The translations under genes were made by a program, and so were the position numbers. Below the pieces are notes generated by a model. The model saw nothing but the letters and a program-made list of their open reading frames with translations. It was not told the DNA's origin and did no database searches. Below, one piece after another: positions 7,432 through 15,854 of a DNA stretch of 35,262 bases; within the stretch, counting starts at the first letter, position 1; every line of letters begins with the position of its first letter. This DNA is from a virus, in the IMG/VR virus record IMGVR_UViG_3300045988_103437. One strand, 5' to 3'.

Positions 7432-7603
7432 AGAAAAAAAGAAACGAGGTCGCAAGAAGAAACTCGACCGAATAGACAAGATGTGTCTTTACTGTTCTGA
7501 TTACAACGCAAAGCACGGCACAAGTTACAGCTACGGAGAATTTGTAGCGCAAATCGCCGCAAGAAAAATTAAACCGCTCGGTTTCTACGATTACGCAGAT
7601 TAG
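7424..7603 (+). CDS. Basic 59-aa protein that is absent from the ORF track.
   Basis: ATG 7424 lies 5 nt after AGGTGA and overlaps the VRR-NUC stop. The product MSEEKKKRGRKKKLDRIDKMCLYCSDYNAKHG...YDYAD fills a gap otherwise covered only by antisense ORFs. Confidence 0.55.
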   Translation: MSEEKKKRGRKKKLDRIDKMCLYCSDYNAKHGTSYSYGEFVAQIAARKIKPLGFYDYAD

Positions 7604-7629
7604 GAGGAAAAAATGATTGATTAAGGAGA

Positions 7630-8010
7630 GTGATTTGGTTGAGTCAGAGAAAATCAATATCAAAAGCAACAAGGCTTAAAGTTTATGAGAAGTACAACGG
7701 AAGGTGTGCGTACTGCGGCTGTAAACTCGAATTAAAGGACATGCAGGTTGACCATATACAGAGCGTGTACTGGTACAATGGTGCGAATGACATCGAAAAT
7801 TATAATCCTGCTTGCAGAATGTGCAATTTTTATAAGTCAACAAGGACAGTCGAAGATTTAAAAAAAGAATTGGGTAAGTTGCTTTCGAGGCTCGAAAAAG
7901 TCTTTATTTTTCGATTAGCTGTAAAGTACGGATTGATTCAAAAGACGGACAATCCAATTGAATTTTACTTTGAAAAGCAAAATAAAACAGGTAAGGAGAG
8001 TGAAAAATGA
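7630..8010 (+). CDS. HNH endonuclease.
   Basis: The HNH motif is CAYCGCKL...VDHIQSV...NYNPACRMCNFYKS. The start is GTG 7630 or in-frame TTG 7639, which is better spaced from AAGGAG. Confidence 0.8.
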   Translation: MIWLSQRKSISKATRLKVYEKYNGRCAYCGCKLELKDMQVDHIQSVYWYNGANDIENYNPACRMCNFYKSTRTVEDLKKELGKLLSRLEKVFIFRLAVKYGLIQKTDNPIEFYFEKQNKTGKESEK

Positions 8011-8396
8011 TGAGAGAAATATTATTCAGAGGAAAATTCGGAAACGAATGGAAGTACGGATTTTTAAGTATTGAACCAAAAGGCTTGGTAATCAAAGAGC
8101 CATACAAGAACGAAAGCTCAAATGTGTGGCATATTGACGCTGACACAGTCGGACAGTACACAGGCTTGACTGACAAGAACGGCACAAAGATTTTCGAGGG
8201 AGATATCATTGATTTTCTTTACCGCTCGGGTTATGACGACTATGGAATCGTTCAGTATGATGCCGATGAAACTGAATTTGGATTTGTGTATAATTCAATC
8301 TACGAGGGATTAGGCAGACACTATCAATCAAAAGATATTGAAGTTATCGGCAATATTTTTGACAATCCAGGTTGGGGAGGAGATAACGATGACTAA
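8007..8396 (+). CDS. YopX-family phage protein.
   Basis: MREILFRGK...VGQYTGLTDKNGTKIFEGDII is the typical YopX pattern. Confidence 0.7.
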   Translation: MMREILFRGKFGNEWKYGFLSIEPKGLVIKEPYKNESSNVWHIDADTVGQYTGLTDKNGTKIFEGDIIDFLYRSGYDDYGIVQYDADETEFGFVYNSIYEGLGRHYQSKDIEVIGNIFDNPGWGGDNDD

Positions 8397-8580
8397 CTTT
8401 GAAAAAATCAAATCAATGAGCAAAGAGCAGATGACACATTTTGTGCTTGATGCATTAAATAACAATGTTTGCGATTATTGCAAAGATTGCGATACTTCTT
8501 GTCTTGAAAATGAAGATTGTCTTGAAAATAAAGAAATTATAAAAAAATGGCTTGAAAGTGAGGCAAGCAACAATGGCTGA
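8389..8580 (+). CDS. Small hypothetical Cys-containing protein.
   Basis: ATG 8389 follows GGGGAGGAG. The track ORF from 8338 overlaps the YopX gene. Confidence 0.5.
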   Translation: MTNFEKIKSMSKEQMTHFVLDALNNNVCDYCKDCDTSCLENEDCLENKEIIKKWLESEASNNG

Positions 8581-9280
8581 ATCCAAAAAAACAGTTGCAG
8601 CGGAAATGCAGGACAAGCCGACAGCGGCAGAAACATTGTCAGAACTCGACCGGCTTGTGATAGGTTTTATTGACGGTGCCCTTGATGTGGCTACGCTCAA
8701 TAGCTTGGATATGTTAAATCGTTGGTTAGTGTTGTCAATGTCAGCCATATACAGCTGCACAAAGATAGGCTTGCTATCAGCCAAGTCTTGTGTCAAGGCC
8801 AAATACAAGCTCCTACAAGAGTATCGCAGGTTTAGGACTGACACTTTTTTTGCAAACAAGGAACACATCGAATGGATAAAAAGGACGAAAGAAACTTCTT
8901 GCAAATTAACGGAGTTGTCAAAGGCGATTGCCGAACACGATACTAATGTATTGCAAATTGCTTTACAGATAATTGACCTGCTCACCAAGCATGATGTTTA
9001 TAACAAACTTTTCATTTTGTCAGACGCATCGGATACATATAAAGAAAAATGTTTAAAAACACTAACCGAAAACGATACAGCATTTTTGAATGAGTTCGGC
9101 AACATACCTTTTGTGGATTTGCTTTTTAAATTTTATAAATCGACAGAAGAAACGAGAGCATCAGAAATTTTTAAAGAATTGGATGCTGATAACATTAGAA
9201 AGGTAGCTTGTCACGTGCCGGTTAAGTCTGACAATTGTCAGGGTATCGCAAAAAGCTATAAAGAATACTTTGGCATTTAA
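8573..9280 (+). CDS. Hypothetical protein.
   Basis: ATG 8573 (MAESKK..) overlaps the upstream stop. No motif was recognised. Confidence 0.55.
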   Translation: MAESKKTVAAEMQDKPTAAETLSELDRLVIGFIDGALDVATLNSLDMLNRWLVLSMSAIYSCTKIGLLSAKSCVKAKYKLLQEYRRFRTDTFFANKEHIEWIKRTKETSCKLTELSKAIAEHDTNVLQIALQIIDLLTKHDVYNKLFILSDASDTYKEKCLKTLTENDTAFLNEFGNIPFVDLLFKFYKSTEETRASEIFKELDADNIRKVACHVPVKSDNCQGIAKSYKEYFGI

Positions 9281-9621
9281 TAAGGCAATATTCTTGCCGG
9301 CTGCAAAATCTTAAAGGAAATTCAAATCAAGTTAATCCTATATTAAAAAAGTAATCAAAGCGACGACTTCCGTTTTGATTAAGCTGTTACAAAAGAATGC
9401 ACCAAAAATCAAACACACAATTGCAGCGGCAAGGTTGCACAGAGCAGTAACTCAAGTGGTCAGATTGGGTTACTGCATATTTATATCATCTGATTTTTTA
9501 ATGAGAAAATAGAATAATAAATAGTCACAAATAAAAGGGTTGAAATACCCTTTAACTATCCCGCTCAAGGAATTAATTAAGTGACCGTTTTAGTTTTTAC
9601 ATATATAATGGGAAGTTTAAT

Positions 9622-10359
9622 ATGTTTACATACAAGTGTGAAATTAAATCAGGCCCTTTGCTTGAGGTTAAATATTACAAGTCCATTCGCAAACGTAATA
9701 AGAAAAATCTTGCTCGACAAATCAATCAATCCAGAACAAACGAAAAGCAAGCCAAAGCAAACCGTATCAGAGGAGAACAACACACGCAGAGGCTTATCCT
9801 CTGCAACTTTTCTGAGGGCGACTGGTTCGCAAGATTCTCCGCTCCGTTTGGCGAGTTTACCGAAGATGAATTTGAGAGGGTTGTCTCAAATTTTTTTAAA
9901 AGAGTAAAACGCAGAACAGAGAAAAAACAAATCAAGTTTAAATACATCGGGTTCTGCGAATGCGGCAAACTCGGAAAGAATTGGCATTTGCATATTGTGA
10001 TTGAGGATTGCGCAAGAGAAATATTAACAAAATGCTGGCCGTGGAAAAACGGAATCAATTTCACTCCGCTCTACCAAGACGGAAACTATGCTGACCTTGC
10101 AAAATACATACGCAAAGATGTCAATGGTAAGAAGCGCTTGAAAACATCTCGCAATCTCAATAAGCCTGAGGTCAAAGTTGTTGAAGGAAAAAAACGAGAA
10201 TACAGAAAACTCGAACGAGGTGAGGCTTTGCCTTGTCCCGAAGGATATTATTTTTACAAAGACGAAATGTGGATAAATGACTTCACGGGTGCGTCTTTTC
10301 ATTTTACTTACTTGGCCAATAGCCATAAACACAAGAAAATCGGAGGTGCAAGGATTTGA
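9622..10359 (+). CDS. HUH-superfamily rolling-circle replication initiator (Rep)-like protein.
   Basis: The HUH motif is NWHLHIVIE, followed by the Tyr motif YADLAKYIRKD (YxxK). There is a possible motif 1 at WFARFSAPF. A 341-nt non-coding region lies upstream. Confidence 0.6.
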   Translation: MFTYKCEIKSGPLLEVKYYKSIRKRNKKNLARQINQSRTNEKQAKANRIRGEQHTQRLILCNFSEGDWFARFSAPFGEFTEDEFERVVSNFFKRVKRRTEKKQIKFKYIGFCECGKLGKNWHLHIVIEDCAREILTKCWPWKNGINFTPLYQDGNYADLAKYIRKDVNGKKRLKTSRNLNKPEVKVVEGKKREYRKLERGEALPCPEGYYFYKDEMWINDFTGASFHFTYLANSHKHKKIGGARI

Positions 10360-10748
10360 GAGACACAACAAGAGATTATACAATTGCACAGTTTAGACTT
10401 TATGCCTCTCTTGGATTTCCAAGCAAAGCACAGGTTGTAGCTGACAAGACAATGCACCGAGCATTACAACTTGACCTGCTTGCTGTGACAGACACACTTA
10501 ATGCCTTGACCAATAGCGGTAAAGACTACATCTGTCAAGCTGTCAGCGCTGTTTACTTTGTTGCACCAACAAAACCGTTGCACAAAGGTGAAATAAATTT
10601 GAGAGTGACCAAGTTTGCTGTCAATAACTATACAGACGAACGCACGGTGTTTAGATGGCTCAAAGAAGCACGATTGCTTTGCGCAAAACTTCGTGGGCTT
10701 AACATTTGTACATATTGCACAAAGAAAGATGTCAGTAGAAGCGATTAA
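10356..10748 (+). CDS. ArpU/RinA-like late-gene transcriptional activator (sigma-70 region-4-like HTH).
   Basis: TTG 10356 follows GGAGGTG. The C-terminal ERTVFRWLKEARLLCAKLRGL is HTH-like, and the gene sits directly upstream of the packaging module. Confidence 0.5.
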   Translation: MRDTTRDYTIAQFRLYASLGFPSKAQVVADKTMHRALQLDLLAVTDTLNALTNSGKDYICQAVSAVYFVAPTKPLHKGEINLRVTKFAVNNYTDERTVFRWLKEARLLCAKLRGLNICTYCTKKDVSRSD

Positions 10749-10771
10749 ACCTGTTGTAAAATTAAATTGTA

Positions 10772-11092
10772 ATGATAAAACGAAAAGTAACTACGGACTG
10801 GATCGTCCGCCAAATCCGTGAGGGCAAGGCATATAGATTCTATTTAACAGCCGATTGGCGAAAAGTTCGAGATGCAAAAAAAGCGAAAGAACATTACGAA
10901 TGCGAACGCTGTCGTGCTGTGGGTAAGTATAGCCCTTGTGAAGCCGTGCATCACAAGCTATACCTCAAGGCAAGACCTGACCTTGCTCTTGATATCAACA
11001 ACCTTGAATGCCTTTGTAAGGATTGCCATTACAAGGAACATCACAAATATGAACCAAAAAAATTAAAAGATGAGTTTGCCGAGAGGTGGTAA
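10772..11092 (+). CDS. Packaging-associated HNH endonuclease.
   Basis: The motif is CERC...AVHHK...NNLECLCKDCHYKEH, and the gene lies next to terS and terL. Confidence 0.8.
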   Translation: MIKRKVTTDWIVRQIREGKAYRFYLTADWRKVRDAKKAKEHYECERCRAVGKYSPCEAVHHKLYLKARPDLALDINNLECLCKDCHYKEHHKYEPKKLKDEFAERW

Positions 11093-11219
11093 GTCGAAAA
11101 AAAGACATACCCCCGGGTAAAAAATCGAAAAATTCTGAGGTCAATGGATAACGGTGTAAAGGCACGACAGTTTGGTCTCGCGCACGCACACGAGAAATTT
11201 TCAGAGAGGAGAGAACAAA

Positions 11220-11534
11220 ATGGCGCAGATTAAAATTGCTGAAATCAAGGATAGCTTAATTGAGCAACTGACTTTGAAAGGGGCAAACATTGAAGTCTAT
11301 AGAGATTTAATTGACAGTTACATCTTCTGCACTAAACTTGAGCGTAAAATGCAGGCGGACATCCGCAAAAATGGCTTGACATACAAAGCTATCAGCGCCA
11401 CAGGCAAAGAGTATATGAAGGACAACCCATCTGTAAAAAATGCCGTAATGTACAACAAACAGCGTTTAGCGATCCTCTCACAAATGGGGCTGTCAATTGA
11501 CAAAGTCGAAAGTGATTCGGATGACGAACTGTAA
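11220..11534 (+). CDS. terS: Terminase small subunit (P27-family-like).
   Basis: ATG 11220 follows GAGAGGAGAG. The size, sequence style and position before terL fit. The track ORF starts at 11172. Confidence 0.7.
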   Translation: MAQIKIAEIKDSLIEQLTLKGANIEVYRDLIDSYIFCTKLERKMQADIRKNGLTYKAISATGKEYMKDNPSVKNAVMYNKQRLAILSQMGLSIDKVESDSDDEL

Positions 11535-13167
11535 AATCATAGACGATTACATCGACCTTGTTAAAAGCGGTAAATATCGTGTCTGCCGTGAGCAAATTCA
11601 GCTGATAAAATTTGTTGAAAATGTCTTTGAAAACGAAGAAATTTACGTCGACGAAGAACAGCTTGAAAAATATTTAGCTTTGCAGAAATATTTTCCTTAT
11701 AAACTTTTCGAGTGGGAAAAATTCTGTTTTACATTGCATAATTGTACATACTCCTCTCCCGGTGTTTTAAGGTTTCCCGACCTTGTAATCATCGTTGGGA
11801 GGGGCGCAGGTAAGAATGGCTATTTAGCTTTTGAGGATTTTGCGCTTATAACGCCGGTGAATGGTATTAAAAACTACGACATCGACATTTGCGCGACTTC
11901 GGAAGAACAAGCAAAAACAAGCTTTAACGACATTTACGAAATTTTGGAAAACAATTCAGCCAAAATGCAGCGGCATTTTAAGTGGAATAAAACCGAAATT
12001 GTAAATATAAAAACAAACTCAACAATCAGATACAGAACATCGAACAGCAAAACGAAAGACGGCGGTAGACCGGGTAAGGTTGATTTCGATGAAAAGCACG
12101 CTTACGAAAACTACAACTTGATTGACGTTTTTACAACAGGCTTAGGAAAAAAGCCGATGCCAAGAACGACGACCACGACGACTATGGGAAATGTTCGAGA
12201 CGGTCCGCTTGACCAAGAATTTGCACGAGGGCTTGAAGTCTTGAATGGTGATGCGCCTGACAATGGCACGCTTTATTTTATTTGCCGTTTGAACGATGAC
12301 AAAGAGGTTCACGACGAGAAAAATTGGTATAAGACAAATCCAAGCTTGCAATATTTCCCAAACTTACTCCGAGAACTTCGGAAGGAATATGAAAATTGGA
12401 AAATTGATCCGAATAATAACTCTTCATTCATGACGAAGAGAATGAACCGTCCACAGGGAACAGAAGCGAATCCTGTAACTTCATGGGACAATATCAAAGC
12501 GACAAACAGACCTCTCCCCGACCTTGAAGGCAAGCCGTGCATATTTGGCATTGACTATACGAAAACGACCGACTTTTTGGGAATAGGTTTAATGTTCTTA
12601 ATTGACGGTGAAATCGTATGGAAGCCGTTTTCGTGGTATTGTTCGCAATCTGCGGATTTGGGCAGAATTAAATTCCCTTATGCTCAACAGCTTGATTTAC
12701 AAAGGGTTGACGGAGCGGAAATACCTCCCGAAATTGTAGCTGATTGGTTGAGAGAACAGAAAGAACATTACAACATTGTCGGCGGAGCGTTAGATAACTA
12801 CCGCTATACATTACTCAAAGAGCCGTTAATGCAGTTGGGTTTTGAATGCGACCGCAAAGGACGAAACAATCTAAAACTTGTAAGGCCTTCAGATAAAATG
12901 CTTGTAGCTCCTCTGATTGCTTCGGATTTCGCTAATCACCGAATTGTTTGGGGCGATTCGGCGTTAATGCGTTGGTACACTAACAACACATCGGCTGTCG
13001 AGGATAAAAACGGCAATATCATATACGGAAAGATTGAGCCAAAATCACGAAAAACAGATGGATTTATGGCGTTCGTCGCCGCATATACACAGCTTGATTT
13101 GCTGAAACAAAATCAGCCAATGACGGTTGATGAAATTGAGAATTGCTTTAACGCGATTGTATTTTAA
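11521..13167 (+). CDS. terL: Terminase large subunit.
   Basis: It has a Walker A-like motif, VGRGAGKNGY, is about 548 aa, and sits between terS and the portal gene. Confidence 0.85.
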   Translation: MTNCKIIDDYIDLVKSGKYRVCREQIQLIKFVENVFENEEIYVDEEQLEKYLALQKYFPYKLFEWEKFCFTLHNCTYSSPGVLRFPDLVIIVGRGAGKNGYLAFEDFALITPVNGIKNYDIDICATSEEQAKTSFNDIYEILENNSAKMQRHFKWNKTEIVNIKTNSTIRYRTSNSKTKDGGRPGKVDFDEKHAYENYNLIDVFTTGLGKKPMPRTTTTTTMGNVRDGPLDQEFARGLEVLNGDAPDNGTLYFICRLNDDKEVHDEKNWYKTNPSLQYFPNLLRELRKEYENWKIDPNNNSSFMTKRMNRPQGTEANPVTSWDNIKATNRPLPDLEGKPCIFGIDYTKTTDFLGIGLMFLIDGEIVWKPFSWYCSQSADLGRIKFPYAQQLDLQRVDGAEIPPEIVADWLREQKEHYNIVGGALDNYRYTLLKEPLMQLGFECDRKGRNNLKLVRPSDKMLVAPLIASDFANHRIVWGDSALMRWYTNNTSAVEDKNGNIIYGKIEPKSRKTDGFMAFVAAYTQLDLLKQNQPMTVDEIENCFNAIVF

Positions 13168-13183
13168 TGTGAGGTGATGAAAA

Positions 13184-13885
13184 ATGGTGAAACTTTTTCA
13201 GGGCGATTGCCTTGAATTAATGAAAAACATTCCCAATAACAGCGTTGACCTGTTACTGACAGATCCGCCTTATGTGTTAAACACAAAGGGTGGTGGAACT
13301 GTAAACAAGAAAATGAAATTAAGTGAATCTTTAGCGGATGTCGAGAAAGCAAAAATAATTAATGGGTATGATATTGAACTTTTCGGACAAGAATTTTTGC
13401 GAGTTATGAAAGAAATCAATGCTTATTTTTGGTGCAATAAAGCACAAATATATGATTATTTAAAATTTTATGTCGGGCAACTTAAATGCAAATTTGATAT
13501 TATTTGCTGGCACAAAACGAACGCTTTGCCCACCTATTCAAATAAATATTTAAGCGACACTGAATATTTACTTTATTTCAGAAAAGGAAAAGGTAAGTGC
13601 TTTCCCCACAGCTACGAGGATGCAAAAACATATTATTTAAGTGCTTTAAACCTAAAGGACAAAAAAATGTGGAAACATCCAACCATTAAACCTCTTAACA
13701 TTACTGAAAAAATAATCCGAAACAGTTCAAAAGAAAATAACACTATTTTAGATCCGTTTATGGGAAGCGGAACAACAGGCGTTGCCTGCATAAATACAAA
13801 CCGCAAATTTATCGGTGTTGAGCTTGACGAAAAGTATTACAAAATTGCTGAGGAAAGAATAAAAAACGCTGAAAAAGGCAGGTGA
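13184..13885 (+). CDS. Orphan DNA methyltransferase (N6-adenine or N4-cytosine, beta-class motif order).
   Basis: The catalytic motif LLLTDPPY precedes the AdoMet motif ILDPFMGSGTTGVA. The gene is visibly AT-rich and sits between terL and the portal gene. Confidence 0.85.
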   Translation: MVKLFQGDCLELMKNIPNNSVDLLLTDPPYVLNTKGGGTVNKKMKLSESLADVEKAKIINGYDIELFGQEFLRVMKEINAYFWCNKAQIYDYLKFYVGQLKCKFDIICWHKTNALPTYSNKYLSDTEYLLYFRKGKGKCFPHSYEDAKTYYLSALNLKDKKMWKHPTIKPLNITEKIIRNSSKENNTILDPFMGSGTTGVACINTNRKFIGVELDEKYYKIAEERIKNAEKGR

Positions 13886-13889
13886 GAAA

Positions 13890-15044
13890 ATGAAAATTAT
13901 TGATTATTTCCGTAGCATTTTCGGCAAAAAAGATGCAGTTGCAGCGGAATTTACATCTGAAAATCACTCAACCGAACAGAGTTTTCACCTGACCGAACTT
14001 GCTTTATTTACGGCGATTGATTTTATCGCAAGAAGCTTGGCAAAGTGCGAATTTGTGACGGTAAACAATAACCGTGAAAGTCGCAAAGCTGAATACTATC
14101 TGTGGAACTATTCGCCAAATAAGCATCAAACCAAAATCGAATTTTTTACACAGGCTGTCGCAAAACTGATTTTTGACAATGAGCTTTTAGTTATCGAAAC
14201 AGCCGACAATCAGCTTTTAATTGCGGACAGCTTTTCAAGAACAGAACACGCATTGATTGATGATTCTTTCAGCAGTGTTACTTGCCGAAATTTTACATAT
14301 CAGAGAACTTTTTTTGAAAGTGAAGTAATTTATCTTCAATATAATAATTTCGCTCTGAGGGGATTGTTAGCCGACATGTGCAACACTTATGAGCAGTTAA
14401 TGTTATCGGCTCAGGAAAGGTACAACAAGGCTGTCGGACATAAAGGCATTTTGGAACTTGAAAATTATAGCTTTGGCGACGAAAATTTTGCCGAAACTTA
14501 TAACAAAGTTTTAGCTAAACAGTTTAAAGCTTTTTACTCGAACAAAAATGCCGTTATGCCGATTTTTAAGGGGATGAAATACTCCGAGCCGTCAACAGAC
14601 GCGGGAAAAACCACAAACAGCGAAATAAACGATATTCAAAAATTGAGAACTGAGGCTTACACGGTGGTTGGAAACGCTTTGCATATTCCGCCGGCAATTT
14701 TAAGCGGTGAAGCCTCTCAACTCTCGGACGCTATGGATTGTGCTATTGGAAATGCAATTGATCCGATTGCAAATATGTTTGAGCAGGAAATCACCAAAAA
14801 GAGATTCGGTAGCACCGAATTTAACAAAGGCAATTATCTCTTAATTGACACAACGACAGTCAGACACATTGACGCAATCAGTCAGGCAAATAATCTTGAT
14901 AAGTCAATTGCCAGCGGTGTGCTGACACCTGCAAAGGCTCAAAAATATTGCAATATGCTCCCTTGCTCGGAGGCTTGGGCGCATACATATTACATTACTA
15001 AGAATTACCAAACAATAGCAAATGCTTTGAAGGGTGGTGAATAA
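13890..15044 (+). CDS. Portal protein (HK97-family-like).
   Basis: The 384-aa ORF lies between the terminase and the prohead protease. Confidence 0.8.
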   Translation: MKIIDYFRSIFGKKDAVAAEFTSENHSTEQSFHLTELALFTAIDFIARSLAKCEFVTVNNNRESRKAEYYLWNYSPNKHQTKIEFFTQAVAKLIFDNELLVIETADNQLLIADSFSRTEHALIDDSFSSVTCRNFTYQRTFFESEVIYLQYNNFALRGLLADMCNTYEQLMLSAQERYNKAVGHKGILELENYSFGDENFAETYNKVLAKQFKAFYSNKNAVMPIFKGMKYSEPSTDAGKTTNSEINDIQKLRTEAYTVVGNALHIPPAILSGEASQLSDAMDCAIGNAIDPIANMFEQEITKKRFGSTEFNKGNYLLIDTTTVRHIDAISQANNLDKSIASGVLTPAKAQKYCNMLPCSEAWAHTYYITKNYQTIANALKGGE

Positions 15045-15048
15045 ATAA

Positions 15049-15840
15049 ATGAAAAGTAGAAATTACAACATCAAACAGATTGCAGAAAATCAGAGTGTCT
15101 TGCAGATATATCTTTACGGTGAAATTGAGCCGAGCTACTTGAATATTTGGGGCGACCTCGTAGAATCCAAGACAAGCGCTGAATATATTCGTAAAGCAAT
15201 CGAAAAAGCCGAAACAATTAACGGCATTGAGCTCTATATTAACTCAATCGGCGGTTATGTTGATGAGGGCGTGTCAATTTACAATTTGCTCAAGCGGCAG
15301 AGCGTGCCGGTCACTGCATACATTGACGGTATGACTTGTTCAATCGCCTCCGTTGTCGCAATGGCGGCTGACAAGATTGTAATGCCGTCAAACACAACAA
15401 TGATGATTCATCACGCGATTGGCGGTTGCTACGGCAATGCAAAGGAACACAGAGAATTTGCAACCCAGCTCGACAAAATCAGCGAAGCAAGCACAAATTC
15501 TTATCTTGTACACGCAGGCGATAAGCTCACGAGGGAAACCCTCGAGCCGCTTCTTGATGCTGAAACATTTTTGACGGCAGAGGAAGCCTTTAATATCGGC
15601 TTGTGTGATGAAATTCTTGATCCGGTTGATTTAACCGATTCAAAAGAAATCGTTGATGATGCACAGCAGAAGAAAAACCCGAAAGCAAAACAGGCAGCGG
15701 CAGAACTTGCAAAAATGCTTGGTACAAAGCCTAAACCGCCTGAACCACAGACACCACCCGAGCCAAAACCGAAAAATCCCGAAGAAAAGGATAGCTTTGG
15801 CTTTATTGAAGAATACTTCAAAAACAAAAATTATTTATAA
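15049..15840 (+). CDS. ClpP-like (S14) prohead maturation protease.
   Basis: The motifs are INSIGGYVDEG and MTCSIASVVAMAADKIVMPSNTTMMIHHA. The C-terminal tail is Pro/Lys-rich. Confidence 0.85.
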   Translation: MKSRNYNIKQIAENQSVLQIYLYGEIEPSYLNIWGDLVESKTSAEYIRKAIEKAETINGIELYINSIGGYVDEGVSIYNLLKRQSVPVTAYIDGMTCSIASVVAMAADKIVMPSNTTMMIHHAIGGCYGNAKEHREFATQLDKISEASTNSYLVHAGDKLTRETLEPLLDAETFLTAEEAFNIGLCDEILDPVDLTDSKEIVDDAQQKKNPKAKQAAAELAKMLGTKPKPPEPQTPPEPKPKNPEEKDSFGFIEEYFKNKNYL

Positions 15841-15854
15841 AGGAGATTTAAAAA

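Noticed and set aside
8455-8988. A 177-aa minus-strand ORF opposite 8573..9280.
   Set aside because: It would break the uninterrupted + strand early operon and has no RBS or promoter. Neither frame has a recognisable motif, however, so this rejection is only moderately confident.
9581-9907. A 108-aa ORF overlapping the start of the Rep-like gene in another frame.
   Set aside because: It is out of frame with the motif-bearing Rep ORF, has no RBS and has an odd composition.
10615-11066. ORFs 10615..10821 and 10872..11066, which overlap the late regulator and the HNH gene.
   Set aside because: They are alternative frames of genes that carry clear motifs, and nothing independent supports them.
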